A DNA stretch of 64,000 nucleotides, taken from the human T2T-CHM13v2.0 reference genome, Homo sapiens. Under the pieces are notes generated by a model. The model saw only the letters and a list, made by a program, of their open reading frames with translations, was not told where the DNA came from and made no database searches. The position numbers and the translations under genes are program-made. Shown here in pieces: positions 30,562-44,690 of the stretch. The stretch lies in assembly GCF_009914755.1 (NCBI RefSeq), contig NC_060948.1; one strand, written 5' to 3'. Position 1 is the first letter of the stretch, and each line of letters opens with the position of its first letter.

Positions 30562-31539
30562 CCAGGATAGAATAAAATATAAGTCATGTCCTGTTTTGTT
30601 TATTTCTATTTAGATACTTCAGTAAATCATTTTAAGATTTGTATTTCAGACTAAATATTGAATTGTAGGTCCCATCTAAATAGGTGGCTCAATATTCCCT
30701 TTAAAATGAGATCAACTGACTTAGCCATAGAAAATGTCACTCTTCATTATTCAGCTCCCTGTAGTTCACAGAGAGCTCTCCTGGGCAGTGGGCTTTCTCA
30801 TTCTTTCACAGTCTGTGGCTCCCAATTTAAAGCTGAAGAATTGGAAAGACAGAATGACTTGTTCAGGACAAAAGGGTCTTAAACAAAACATCACAGAGAA
30901 GCTGCCAACCCAGGGGCATCTGAGTAGAATAGGGAGACCACCAGGTGACCATCTGTCACTAGAACTGTCTGTGGGGGTCTCCAGGGCCTGCTGTCACGCT
31001 GGCACCTTCTTGTGGGGATGGCATTGAGGACTAACACTCACAGCGTTGTTGAAGATCTCATCCCTGAGAGAACAGCTGGGCAGTCCCTGTGGCCTGGGTG
31101 AGGGGATCCTCTGCGGAGGCCGTGGTCTGCACAGCATCGGGGAGTCAGGTGGGCTTTGGCAGGTCACTCAGCATTTCGCACTCAGGACTCTCATCAGTAA
31201 GATGGGAATACTAATGCTACCACATGAGAGATCTGAGGTGACGTCCACTACAGGCACTCACTGAGTGCTCTCTGAGCCCTCCTTGGTTTTTTTCTGATAA
31301 ACAAAACATTACAGAATTTTCCAGAAACCACTGACATCCACTCTTTTGTTAATTCATTCAACAAACATTTACCACACACCACACATCCCAGGCACAGTGT
31401 CACAGATACAGTGATGAATGCCCTGACACCACAGTCTCCTTCTCCATGCAGCTGACCTCACTTTCTATTTCCACAGATAAATCAATGTAAGAATGCTTAA
31501 GAACAATGTCTAATAGTTTTTACAATGAAAAGAACAAAC

Positions 31540-31620
31540 CTCACGACTGGTTTCATTTTCATGAAGAATGCCATCTTTGTAATCTCTGATTAGAGCTCGG
31601 GTTGCCAGCTTGTCAATCAT
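31540..31620 (-). pseudogene. PARP4 pseudo-exon (MIDKLATRALIRDYKDGILHENETSRE)
   Basis: 81 nt, open frame, cag| and |gtttg intact. Confidence 0.92.
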
Positions 31621-32530
31621 CTGTGTTTAAGTAGCAAAGGAAAAAAAAAGATCCACTTGGCTTCTAATAAAAGACTTGCAAAGAAAATCATTTTAAAAAT
31701 GAAGGTATAACCTACATACAGTAAAATGCACTCCTCTTAAATATATAGTTTGATGATCTTAAGGGATGTATACAGTTGCATGACCACTGTTGAAGTGAAG
31801 ACAGAATATTCTCTTTACCTTGAAAGGTTCCTCTGTGTCCCTGTGTAGCTTCCTCCAGCTCTGGCAGCTCCTCATCTGCTTTCTGTCCCTAGAGTTTTGC
31901 TTTTTCTATAAAAGGCCATTTTGCCAATTCATTTTATTTAAAAAAATGAAAACTTCTTTTCTACCATAGGAAGAGCTACCTTGGTGCTGGGATGCCCATC
32001 CATGAACATGATCTGCACTCTGCAGGGTGAGGACGGCACAATGTGCACCACCAGGTGCTTCCTCTCCAACAACTGAGAGATGGAACTCTCCTTCATTCCA
32101 ACCCTTGTAATTTTGTCATTGATAGGGGTGTTTCTCACAGAGGAAGTACAACTTGCTGTGACTTCATGGAAAATTACCTGTTCCCAGGTAAAATTATTTT
32201 ACCTTCTTTCCCCCTTAGATCTAATTTTAAAAGTACACTTTTAATTTATTCTCCCTTATCAGTACCCATAAAGATCTATTTTTTAAAGCAATATTGAGCT
32301 TAAGTTCTATACATAAGTCACTGGCAACTAATAAGTCAATATACTGATATAGTGATGAAAAGTAAGCTACACATTTTTGAGAAAAAAACCAGCAATGTCT
32401 GGGAAATGGTTTACCTGGTTATACTAATACTCCTTTGAATAAAAAAACTACATAAATGGCATATATAGGCTAAACTATAGTGGATTCAGTACCAGTCCAA
32501 ATGTTGCTTCTTGGTAATAATTTGCAATAT

Positions 32531-33126
32531 TGTGATATACAAAAAGGTAAAAATAGGCCACCCCGAAAGAGACTTATTTGGCATATTTTGAGATGCTTTC
32601 AGAGGGACAGCAGACACAGGAATAGCTCTGAAAAGCAGTCCATTTGTAGGGAATATTTGCATCTGCAGAGGAATCTTATGTCAGTGAAGTAAACAGCAGG
32701 TGCAAATAGGCTTTCTCTGAGACCCCCTTATCTGCCTTATCCAGATTTAGGAAAGATGAACTCCCAGGAAGAGGAGGCTAAAGTCTGATATTTAAAGAGA
32801 TGATAGAGAAACTGTTACCAGAAGTGCTTCTATTCTCTCAGGTCTGCTGCCTGCCAGACTTCATCTGCATCAGAAGAAAGCCTTTGCTCACCACATGTTT
32901 CCTCCCCTCACCCTCCCACAACCTGTCCCCACTTCCCCCCAGGAGCCTGACAATCTACCCACCTCTGTATGGTATGAAACTTCACTCATCTGGCCCTTCT
33001 TTGAGTCTCATGTGGCCCCTGCACACGTAACGACATCTGCATGTCGTTTGCCCTGTTCATCTATTGTTGGATTATTTTATAGACCAAAGGTGGAAACTTC
33101 AGAGGGAAAGTTTGAACTTCCCTACA
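32531..33126 (+). mobile_element. ERV1 LTR relic (MER34-like)
   Basis: TG...CA termini; gcagacacaggaatagctctgaaaagc motif; ends ...ttgaacttccctaca. Confidence 0.55.
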
Positions 33127-33169
33127 GACATAAGAAATGTATGTATTTGTTATTCCTAACAGGACACTT

Positions 33170-33870
33170 CAACCACACCTGAGTTTATGTTAATGAGGTG
33201 ACTTTTAGAAAGTCCCATGGTGAGGGCTGGTAGCAGGGGAGCCAACCATATGATTAGAGGGCTGGAACTTTCTGCCCCACTCCCCAATCTCCAGGGAGGG
33301 GAGAGTAAATCACCAACAGCCAATGATTTAATCAACCAGGACTTTGTAATGAAACCTGCATTAAAAACCCCATCTAAAGGGGTTGAGGGAGCTTCTGGGT
33401 CAGCATTCATGTGCCAGGAGGATGGTGCACCCCAATTGTATGTTAGACAGAAGCTCCTGTGCTTGGGACTATTCTGGGCCTTACCCTATATACCTCTTCA
33501 TCTGGCTGTTCATTTGTATCCTTTATAATATTCTTTGCAATAAATCAGTAATACTAATTATTAAGTATTAAGTATTAAGTAAAGGTTTCCTGAGTTCTGT
33601 GAGTTGCTACAGGAAATTACTGAACCTGAGAAAGGGTTGTGGGAACACTGTCTTGGAGCTGACCAGAAGTGTGGGTAACCTGGGGACCTGGTACTTGCTA
33701 CTGGTTTCTGGAGTGGGGAGCAGTCTTGTGGGACTGGGCCCTCACCCTGTGAGATCTGTGCCAACCCCAGGCAGCTAATGTCAGAACTGAATTAAATTGT
33801 AGGACATGCAACTGGTGTCAGAGAATTGGTTGGGAAAAACACATATCTGGAAACTAGAAATGGTGTGACT
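33170..33870 (+). mobile_element. MER21-family LTR relic
   Basis: ccaaccatatgattagagggctggaactttc...gccaatgatttaatcaacc...tttcctgagttctgtgagttgct motifs. Confidence 0.7.
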
Positions 33871-34031
33871 GTGGGGGAAACAGGAATTTTTTCTTTCATA
33901 ATTCATTTGGTTTTAATCAAAACACGGAAAAAACCCACATCCTCAATATACAATATGATCTACTCTTAGTCCAGTACTTTATAACTAATATTTCTAAGTA
34001 GCATCAGTAGACCAGTGGGCATGTAACTTTT

Positions 34032-35360
34032 TTTTGACTTGCATCACCTTTTATTACACAAAATAGATTTCAGCCACATTGCACATTCATTCTTGCTATA
34101 AATCTGGCTATAAAAAAATCCCTAGGGATTCAGTCTCATCGATTTCATGATTTTCCTTTCATTGATGTCATGCCTGTATTGTAGTCAGATTCCTCTCAAA
34201 GGACAAAAGCAGATGTGGCTGCCTTGGATCAGCTGCACACAGTGCACTCCGGGCCTGCCCGCTGGAGGCCCAGCTCCCACCATCACCTGGACCACGACTG
34301 CTAGGGACTGTCAAAGCGGCAGCATGCTATCGCCTTCTCCAGCCCTTCTCCAGCAGCACAACCAGTCCTCCCAGCTGGTCCTCTGAGGACCAGCCATCGT
34401 GGTGACATGGTGGCAATTTCCCCAGGCAGCTGATCATCCTAGGCTTCTCTTTGGGCAGGCCTAGGCCAGGGCCTTAGGGGATCTCTGAGTCCGTGGTATA
34501 AATCTGAATGAGATCAGACACAATATTGTCAATGATTGGTAAGGTCGTCACCAAACTCCTGCCACCACGGCTTCTCAGCCTCGACCTCAGCGGGCACCTC
34601 AACTCCGCAGACCTGCAGGGCCAGGTAGAGCACTGCCACGGTGATGTGCTGGGCCTGGAAGTGGAGGCACAGCCCCCCGTGGTAGGTGTCCTGCAGCAGG
34701 GCCCAGGCAGTGACGGCAACGGGGGTCCGCTGCCAGGTATGGCGGTTCAGCCAGTTCTTGAGGGAAACCAGGTAGTGGAGCAGGTACTTGTGTGGATGCT
34801 GGAAGGAGACTTGGAAGCGCAGAACTCTCAGCATGAGAAGCTGACACTGCACAATGCTGTCCCTAAGCTCCCAGAAGAGGGAGTCCAATTCCAGGGGCTC
34901 ATCGCTTGGGTTTAAGTACCTGTTGGACACATTGATGATGTCACGAGTCCGCAGGTGCTGCTCTTCCACTTTGCCGGCCAAGTAAATGGAAGACATGGTA
35001 ATCAGGTAAGGGTCACAGGCGTCCAGTCAGGTCTCGCAGAAGAATTTATGGTAAATGGTGCAAGCAGTGGCAATGGGAATGGACTGCACCCCTAGCTTGA
35101 CACTTGCCTCCATGATGAACCTCGCCGCTTGGAAGTGCACCCTGGATTCGGGCGCCGGCTGCCTCTCTGGGCACCGCGCTGCGGACCCCACTCCGCCGCC
35201 CTCCCAGGCTTCCATGAAGCTCCGGGGCTTCCAGGACACCCCGCTGCCCCTGCGAAAGGAAAGGCGGCCCCAGGGTGTGGAGGCCAGCAGAGCGCGGGGA
35301 GGCGGGTGCTCGCGGCATGCGCCCCGCCCTCGTCCCGTCCCGCAGGGCCCGCACCCTGGT
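34032..35360 (-). pseudogene. CCNQP2: Processed CCNQ (FAM58A, cyclin Q/M) pseudogene; probably CCNQP2/FAM58CP
   Basis: Intronless CDS relic from ATG 35215 to TAA 34474 (MEA...[11 protein letters not shown]...[10 protein letters not shown]...[23 protein letters not shown]...IYTTDSEIP). In-frame TGA at 35027-35029 and frameshift near 34538. AATAAA 34050-34055, short poly-A, 14-bp TSD GGCATGTAACTTTT (34018-34031; 35361-35374). Paralog number inferred from context. Confidence 0.9.
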
Positions 35361-35614
35361 GGCATGTAACTTTTATTGAGTCATGAACATCTTTGAGAAC
35401 CTCTCTAGAAAAATTTCCAAGCATAAATGCCATATTTAACTGCAGAATTGCCACCCACTGATGCCCATATAGACACACCTAAACCCAACTACCTCAGATG
35501 AAGAAGTGCTGCATTAGAAACAGAAGGAAAGTAAGCTCATTTGTACAGATGGCCCATCTCCACATCGTGTAATGAAATTTCAACACAGGAAATCAACAAA
35601 GGAAGTACAGACAG

Positions 35615-35819
35615 CAGGGGATCCAATCTTTTGGTTTCCCTGGGCCACAATGGAAGAAGAAGAATTATCTTGTGTGACACATGAAATACACTAACACTAA
35701 TGATAGCTGATGAGCTGAAAAAAAACTTGCAAAACATTTTCATAATGTTTTAAGAAAGTTTACGAATTTGTGTTGGGTCGCATTCAAAGCTGCCCTGGGT
35801 TGTGGGTTGGACAAGCTTG
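35615..35819 (+). mobile_element. MER30 (hAT-Charlie) relic
   Basis: caggggatccaatcttttggtttccctgggccaca...gggttggacaagcttg. Confidence 0.8.
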
Positions 35820-35896
35820 ACATAGAGCATTATATTTGGAAATATAAAATCATAACTTTCAAACAATGGGTCGATAGTTTAGGTTTTGAATCTTAA

Positions 35897-35976
35897 AGTT
35901 CCAGTTGTCTTCTGAAGCTCAATAGTCGACACTATTGTACAAAAATTCTTTCTCAAATTAGTGCACACAGAGTTGC
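35897..35976 (-). pseudogene. PARP4 pseudo-exon (ATLCALI...TIVSTIELQKTTGT)
   Basis: 80 nt, frameshifted; cag| intact; donor reads TT. Confidence 0.88.
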
Positions 35977-36224
35977 CTGAAATGGGAAAAAAAAATCCTC
36001 ATTAGCCTTTCCGCTCTGCAGTGTCTTCGTTTAACAGAAATTCTTTTAGTGATTTCCTCTCCCCTTTCAATAAAAACTAGAAGCCTCCCCAAAGCCCTGG
36101 CTAACCACCAGCTGTGTTCTCAGAAGAAGAAAATCTGTTGGTGAGAAGGGGAGGGAAGAAGACAGAAAAAAATAGCAAAATATATTGGTCTTCCCATAGA
36201 ATAACAAACTCTGCTCCTTCTTAC

Positions 36225-36395
36225 CTGTGTGCAGTGAGGAATGAATCCATAGACAAGGAGTCAATCATTGTGAAACAACGACGGCACCTGGGCTGGGGCC
36301 TGCAGGGCCGCGGGCACATCTGTGTTGAGTTGCTACCATTTGACGGAGACAGAGTGGCAATTCGGAGAACATAACCTGGTCATTTGGTCTTCTAT
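36225..36395 (-). pseudogene. PARP4 pseudo-exon (IEDQMTRLCSPNCHSVSVKW*QLNTDVPAALQAPAQVPSLF...YGFIPHCTQ)
   Basis: 171 nt, tag| and |gtaaga intact, internal stop codons. Confidence 0.92.
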
Positions 36396-36569
36396 CTATT
36401 TATAAAAAAGGAATTATTTCTCTTTCAATGCTCCATCCAGAAAATAGTTACTTCACATTTAAAATAAAATATACATTCTATCCTTCGGGAATTTTATAAC
36501 TCTATGGTATTTTCTCTCCCTCCTGCTACTGGGTATTTTCCCGAAAAGATTTTAAACAGAATTTTATTT

Positions 36570-36886
<317 letters not shown>

Positions 36887-36989
36887 TAAATAATAGCATG
36901 ATCCCATCCTTTACATTTACAAAGCATCCTGAAATTATGTCTTTAGCTAATTACTAATATGCAACCTTGGTATGAGTAGATTCCAGTAC

Positions 36990-38330
36990 TTGATATTTCT
37001 CCAAAGAAGATACACAAAAGCCAGCAAGTGCATGCAAAGATGCTTGATGTCACTAGTCATTAGGGAAGTGTAAATCAGAACCACTGCGAGATCCCATTTC
37101 ACACCCAGTGGGATGGCTGTTATTAAAAAACAAGTGGTGGCTGGGCAGAGTGGCTCATGCCTGCAATACCAGCCCCTTTGGGAGGCCAAGGCAAGCAGAT
37201 TGCTTGAGCTTGGGATTTGAGACCAGCCTGGGTCCATGGTGAAATGCTGTCTCTACAAAAAATTAGCTGGGTGTGGTGGTGTGGGCCTGTAGTCCCACCT
37301 ACTTGGAGGGCTGAGGCAGGAGGATGGCTTGAGACCCAGATGTCAGGGCTGCAGTGAGCCAAGATTGCACCACTCCATTCCAGCTTGGGTGACAAAGTGA
37401 TACACTGTCTCAAAAAATACCAACAACAAACAAAAACCAAACAGAGAAATAAAAAACAATAGGAAAAAAAGTGGTGGCATACCCCTGTAGTTCCAGCTAC
37501 TCTGGAGGCTGAGGTGGGAGGATTGCTTGGGCTCAGGAAGTCGAGGCTGTGGTGAGCTATGATTGCACCACTGCACTCCAGCCTAGATGACCAAGTGACA
37601 CCGTGTCTCAAAAACCAAAACAAACCAAAGAAAAGCTGGTTGACTTCAATCAATATAGAAAAAACCGGAATGATGAGTGTTGGTGAGGATGTAGAAAAAC
37701 TGGAATCCAGGTGCATTGGTGGTGGGAATGTAAAATGATGCAGCTGCTATGGAAGACAACATGGCAATTCCCAAAAAAAACTAAAGATAGAGTGACCATA
37801 TGATACAGCAATCCCACACTACACATATATCCAGAATTGAAAGCAGACTCAAACAGACACTTGCATACCAATGCTCATAGCTGCATTATTCACAATAGCC
37901 AAAGGACAGAAACAACCCAAGTGTCCACCGACAGATGAATGGATAAGCAAAATGTGGTCTATCCAGGCAATGGAATATTATTCAGCTTTAAAAAGAAGGG
38001 AAATTCTGACACATGCTTCAACGTAGATGGACGTTAAAAACATCATGTTAAGTGAAATAAGCCAGACATAAAGGGACAATGTCCTATTACTCCACTTATA
38101 TGAGATACTCAGAAAAGGCAAAGTCATAGAGACAGAAAGTAGAGTCGTGGTAGCAGGCACTGGGTGTAGGAGGGAATGTGGAGTTACTGTTTAATGGGTA
38201 CATAGTTTCTGTTTGGGCTGATGAAATAGTTTGAAGATGGTGATGGTTGCACAGAATTGTGAATGTAGCTAACAGCACTAAATTGTACACTTAAAAAAGG
38301 TTAAAATGGTAAATTTTATAATAAAGAAAA
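36990..38330 (+). mobile_element. L1MB-like 3' fragment interrupted by AluJ and an Alu monomer (37139-37625)
   Basis: L1 ORF2-end and 3'UTR motifs (tcattagggaagtgtaaatc; ggtgggaatgtaaaatg; aattgtacacttaaaa) continue across the Alus. Confidence 0.78.
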
Positions 38331-38603
38331 TTAATTTCAGCAAAACATATTTAATAATTCACTTTTAAAAAATCAGTCCATGATTTTTAAGGCAGAAATC
38401 AAACTATGAGCTGGGAGATTGACCTGAAGAACTCCTGTATTCCCGCTGGTGCAGTCCTGAGTCAGGGCTCACAACTGCGGCAGCGCTTGCCTCTTTGCGC
38501 CTCCCCTCTCACTCAAGGAAACACAGATGTTCCTATTTCTTAGCCTTGGAAGAATGTGAGATTTCCGCATGTACACATAAAACCAGATGTTTAAAAAACA
38601 TAT

Positions 38604-38703
38604 CTCTTTTCTCCAACTATGTTTGGATTTTGCATTAAAATATTCAAATACTCCGGCACTACACTGGGAAAAAATCCTTAGGATGTGACGATTTGCTGTA
38701 GAA
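38604..38703 (-). pseudogene. PARP4 pseudo-exon, end of vWA domain (STANRHILRIFSQCSAGVFEYFNAKSKHSWRKE)
   Basis: 100 nt, cag| intact, donor reads AT. Confidence 0.92.
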
Positions 38704-39688
38704 CTGATTGCATTTCACCTGTTTTAATTTTGAAGATATTGGAGAAATATTTTTGAAGTACATGTTAACAGTGTTGAGAAATCTCACAACTCAACATGAG
38801 AGACAAGACATGGGGAAGAATGTACTCAAGTGTAGCTGAGGTTAAACAGAGAAAGTGATAATAGGAGGAAAGATCTGAAAGTTTGGCTAATTTAAGCTCC
38901 CATCCATCAGAGGACTGACTTATCCTTCAAATAGAAAAAAGTTGAAAATCTTGACTTTCAATTCCTGAGGGAGGGAGTAAATGACGCTAAAAACAACCCT
39001 ATAAGGTATCAGAATGCTGACAAAGATATCAACTTAATTTCCATAAGTAACAATATTACCTAAATCTGATCCCAAAGGCCTAGAGCTGGCAAAGAGTGAA
39101 TAAAGTCTACCTCTTAAAATCTGATACACATCAACATAGCAAAAGGCATAAGGAAGCAACTCTCACTCTAGCAAAGAGCATCTCTGACATTTAAATGACA
39201 AATGCCCTATTACTTTTCTCTCTAAAATAATTCTACAACTATCAAGAACTCCTTGCTTAAAGGAGTTCCTCCTGAAGTATTAAAGAAAACATCAATTATT
39301 TTTCAGAAAAAGAGCTTATGAAAATAATTTCCAAGATGTTTTTCAACCTATGGATAAAGACTGGATTTGTCTTTAACCTCCATATTAATTGGTGATGATC
39401 ATAACATTGACTAAAAGATCCCTAACATGGGTTATTGGTAGTTACAGCTTCCATCCATTAGCAAGGCAGGCTGGAGTCTTCCTGTGCTCCTTCAGGGCGG
39501 CTCTCAGAGGACGAGGACTCACGCCAGGGAGGACGCCTGATGGTCTCTATCCCGGGAAGCTCACTTTACTAGAGTTTGAAATTGCAAACACATGCTTGGA
39601 AGATGAGGGAGAAACACTTAGAAAGATCCCAAAAACTTGACAGAAAAGCAGAATGGATCCCAGCCCCTCCAGGCATGGGCACTGCTAA

Positions 39689-39886
<198 letters not shown>

Positions 39887-40641
39887 TGAATACCATATAT
39901 TATGATAGGAGAACATTATAGTCACAAGATGTCAAATGCATTCTGGGAGACCTGAATTCTTGGGTTAGCAATAGTTTTGATCAGACTTTACCCATAGGTA
40001 ATATCTTTTGTGAAGACTGTTGTCTTATGGACCATATTCCTAGGGAAATACATAGGTATTTAGGAGGAAACATTTACCAACTCACATAGGAGGATAACCT
40101 GATAATGAACCCCAGGCTTCTATACATACAGTTTGTCCATACATAGAGTCAGCATTGTTAACTGTTCAATAATCACCTCTTCATTGCCTATTCCCGTCGT
40201 GCAAGTGGATATCTTAGATGTCAAGAGCAATAATTTACCCCTTCGATCTATATTAATCTTGAATATGCCCCTAGCTCCAGCAAACATTAAATTTTCAAAA
40301 CACCATTGTCATTTGTCTCCCCCAGAGGTGATACTCAAACATAAGGCCCCATCTGCAAAAACAACTAAAATATCTGCACTAGAGTTAGACGCTGACTACA
40401 CGCAATCTAGCACCTGCCAGAAGCCTCGTGAAAACACCTGATATTTAAGAAAAGTAGTCCAGTGGACCTGCCAGCTGTTCCCTCTTCCACGCTGTCCAGG
40501 TCATGTCCCTGCTAAATCTAATCACCTAAAAGCACAGGAGCAGGGCCCACACAGGACCCGGCAGGGATGCCTCCCTTCTTTATGTTTGGACCATCTGCTA
40601 GGTGAGCTTACTTCCAGGGAAATTGTAAATATATCACACTA

Positions 40642-40657
40642 TTCTTCTTCTTCTTCT

Positions 40658-40695
<38 letters not shown>

Positions 40696-40977
40696 AGACG
40701 ATGTTTCGCTCTTGTCATCCAGGCTGGAGTGCAATGGTGCAATTTTGCCTCACTTCAAACTCTGCCCCCCAGTTTTAAGAGGTTCTCCTGTTGCAGCCTC
40801 TCCAGTAGCTGGGATTACAGGTGCCTGCCACCACACCCAGCTAATTTTTGTACTATTAGTACAGACGGGGTTTCACCATGTTGGCCAGGCTGGTCTCGAA
40901 TTCCTGACCTCACGGGATCTGCCCGTCTCAGCCTCCCAAAGTGCTCAGATTACAGGTGTGAGCCATTGTGCACGGCC
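40642..40977 (-). mobile_element. AluS-like with long (TTC)n/poly-T tail
   Basis: Full dimer; ATATCAC occurs on both sides (possible TSD). Confidence 0.9.
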
Positions 40978-41300
40978 AATATATCACTCTTATCAGAAGA
41001 TGAAAGTTACATATCTCAAATGTTATCTTTTTGTCTGTCATTCCTTCTGGGAAACTCAGTTCCCAATGACAGGCCTAGCTCTTCCTGTTTGTCTGGAACT
41101 ATTGATGCCGTTTCCTCCTTTGTTCAGGTAAGTCAAATGGGTCTGACTGTCATGGCTTCCCCTTACTTAGAGCAAGTGGAAGTCTGGGTCCCACAACAGT
41201 GTAAATTTTCTCAGCTTCTAGGATGAAATTCGTATTTCATATCTTGTTCTAACTCTCTTTTCCTCTCCTGTATGCACGCAGCATGCACACCAAGCCATAC

Positions 41301-41387
41301 TGGAGCATCCTGACTCATCAGGTAAGCGCCATGGCCCTGGGTCACTGCTCCTCGGTACTCTGACTGGGCTTCTTCCTTCTCTTTAAT
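41301..41387 (-). pseudogene. PARP4 pseudo-exon, VIT domain (IKEKEEAQSEYRGAVTQGHGAYLMSQDAP)
   Basis: 87 nt, open frame, cag| and |gtatgg intact. Confidence 0.9.
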
Positions 41388-41861
41388 CTGGAAAAGATGA
41401 TTTTTAAATCATTCCTTACATGAAGAGTGACTTCAGGCTTTAATGAAGAAAACAACATCAATGTTTATTAAAACCCAGGCAAAACCTAAAAACTGAGTCT
41501 AAGATGAATGGAAACTTAAAGTGACCATCAAAATATACTTATCTGATAAGAATTTGAACCAGGAAAGGCCAACTAAAGAGAAGTCTCTTTCAGTTGGGAT
41601 CAATATATTTTAGAATCAATAGTGAAAGAAATTTTTTTTGGTTGGGAGTTTATGTTGAACAAAAAATAATAATTACTTTAAATTTAGTAAATTATAGTTT
41701 ATAATTGTAACTGTGGGATAATCCTTACAATATACAAAGAATTAATAAACTGTTGTTTCTTTTCTTTCTTTTTTATTTTTTTTAGAAAGTTACAATAGTT
41801 TTCATTTCAGCTTGACTTTTATAGCAGGATGCCGAGGGTCAGGTTTTACAAAAATATATAA

Positions 41862-42200
<339 letters not shown>

Positions 42201-42478
42201 CTCTTAAACTTTTCATACTGAAATCACTCTTACAGTGCCAAGGCAAAGAGTGTGCAAGACACTGATGATGAAGACTGGATAGATAGGGATAGAAACACTT
42301 CATCAGGGAGGGATGTTTGAGGAAGGCTTACTGTGCAAGAACTGGTTCTTCGAAGAATATTCTCGTTTTATGACAAGGCTGCTACTCAACCTTATAGCCA
42401 TGGGGACTCTGAAAACAAAGGTTCTGGGAAATGGAAGCTGACTTTGAAAGCAGAGAGCAGGCATGATCTCTGCCTTAC

Positions 42479-42608
42479 CTCTCCAACTATGTACTTCCCA
42501 CTGATGACCTTCAAAGCAACACACAGCGGCCTTGTCATCCAAAGGAAAGATATATTTTGCCTCAATGGGCACATGACTTTTATTTGTGTATGTCTGAAAT
42601 ACAATGAC
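42479..42608 (-). pseudogene. PARP4 pseudo-exon, VIT domain (VIVFQTYTNKSHVPIEAKYIFPLDDKAAVCCFE / ISGKYIVGE)
   Basis: cag| and |gtaagg intact; frameshift visible across two ORF-track entries; 5'-most PARP4 exon found. Confidence 0.93.
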
Positions 42609-44469
42609 CTGAAGAAGAAAAAAATCCATACTTCTGATGAGACCACATGGACTACATTTGCAGGTACAAGGACAAATTCAAATGATTTTGCGTATTTATT
42701 TGAATTTCCTTGAATTTGTATCATGCCCCTCAAATTCCCAACCCTGGTGTCACTTTTGCAATGGAGAGCCAATGTCATGTGATAAAATGCACCAGTCCCA
42801 CGGTTAGGTGGTTCATTCATGTCCAACTGGAATAGAAGCCACCTGAAGTCTTACCAACACTGAATTAGCAGAGGCAATATAGCTGTTGTTAAGACAGCTG
42901 GAAAATCACCCCTTTCATGTTCTGAGCTTTGATGCCTCCTTCGTGCCATGTTGGCTGGAAACGATTCCAGAATAGTCCTTCTCTCCTATCGGCTCTCAGG
43001 ACTTGGCATTTCCTCCTGGGGACATCTCTGTGGCTTTCCCCCTCTCTACACAGCCCTCATCTAGCTCCTCATTTCTGTGTGCCTTGGTTCTTCCAGAATC
43101 AAGTTTTCTCCACTACTCTCTGTTATCTCTATTATCTAATTAATCTTTCCAACAGACTGTTTTCATCACTCCCTCACTCAGGAAAAGGCAGGAGGCTTTG
43201 AATATTTGAAAATTAAGAAAAAAAAAACCCCAGACATATAATAAACAGTAAGATATTAAACATGTGACAATAATAAGGCAAAAATATTTAATTATTTGTA
43301 ATCAATAATCCAGGGAAGAGACCAAATTGAAAAATTTAAAAAAAAATCTAACTTATTTGAAAACATTGTCCACACCTGGATTTTCTGCAAGCTTGGCTGT
43401 CCCTAGGGTGGGTAGGGTGCCAGGGAAAATTTTTCATGGAGTTCTTGTTAATATAAGAAATTTGAGTCTCCCCAAATCAGCAGGTCAGCATCCTCCTGGA
43501 GACAGAATCTTTTGCCATCCTGCAAATGAATACCTTGCTGGCCAGTGGGTAGGATTCCTGGAATCCCTGTCTGGCCAGCCACCCAAGATGAGGCGAAGGT
43601 GCATCCTGGAGTTTCTCAGTAATCTGGGCTACGCTGCCTGCAATGAATTGTTAGAGTGTGCCTGGTGGGGAGACACCAGGACTGGGGACCACCTAGCACT
43701 GACTGGGAGGATGTCAGACACTGTCCCCTTGACTGTGCATGGAACTCCTTCTCATCCTCTCTTGGATTTACTCAGTTTTACAAAACCCTCAAAGGCATGT
43801 ATGCTTGCTCTGAGTTTGATGATCAGGACAACTATCTAATTGTACTTGGTGTAGACTAATGTTTCTTCCTACTCAGTAGCCTTCCTGCCTGTTCTAGTTA
43901 GCAGGTCCGCCTTTGCAAAGGAGTCCCCAGGAGGCCAAATATCACGCCTGTGTCAGCCACACTCTTTTTTGTATATCACACTGTGTGGCTGGGCACTTAC
44001 AAAGGTCAATAATTTTAGACTATAATAAAAGTATTTTTACCAGGCCTTAGAACAGAAACTAATATAATGTAACAAATTTTGACATCTTAATTTTCTTCCA
44101 TTAGATAAAACCATGATGTAACTAAGCTTAACATCTTTAATCTCTTCCAAGAAGGGTCAAAATGTATGAGCCATGCACATATAAGAATCTACATTCCAGC
44201 CTCTGCTTGGATACTCAAGCTCGGTCTACAGTCCGGCTGTTTCATCATAAAATGAGTGAGAAATTCACTGCTAAATTGAAAGTTATTTTGGGGCAAACTT
44301 CCCCAGGGAACAGGCCCCTTTGGGTTTGAAATATCAAATGGTACAAGTCATCTAATCACAAGTAAGGCATGGAGGACACATGCCTACCCTGTAACCTCGT
44401 TATAATTTGTTTTGCAGGTAAGGACAATCCCTAAGTTCTTTATATTTATTAGATGGAATAGCCACAACA

Positions 44470-44690
44470 CTGATGGGCAGATATTATTATTTCCATTTTA
44501 CTCATGAGGAAAGTGACACAAAGAAGTTAAGTTACTTTCCCAAACTCACAGCACTAGAAAGAATAAGCAAGAATTCAAAGCTAAGCCTTACAAATTCCAG
44601 ATCCTTTGCTTTGTATAATCTACCATGCTGCACTATGGTGTACTGGTTAAGAATCTGGACGTTGGAATCAGAATGATTTGAGTCTGAGAG
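44470..44690. mobile_element. MIR relics
   Basis: tattattatttccattttactcatgaggaaagtgacacaaagaagttaag motif; similar MIR pieces near 21170, 21400 and 24095. Confidence 0.6.

Noticed and set aside
31938-32190. GC-richer patch with a possible donor site (ttacctg), perhaps an exon of another pseudogene
   Set aside because: No recognisable protein match in the frames examined; cannot be supported without a search.
34529-34996. 155-aa cyclin ORF as a functional gene
   Set aside because: It is a fragment of a retrocopy bounded by an upstream nonsense codon and a downstream frameshift.
43327-43839. 170-aa ORF, or a further PARP4 exon near 43530-43640
   Set aside because: Non-ATG start and no recognisable domain. 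Only a few nucleotides resemble the expected exon and the translation does not match.
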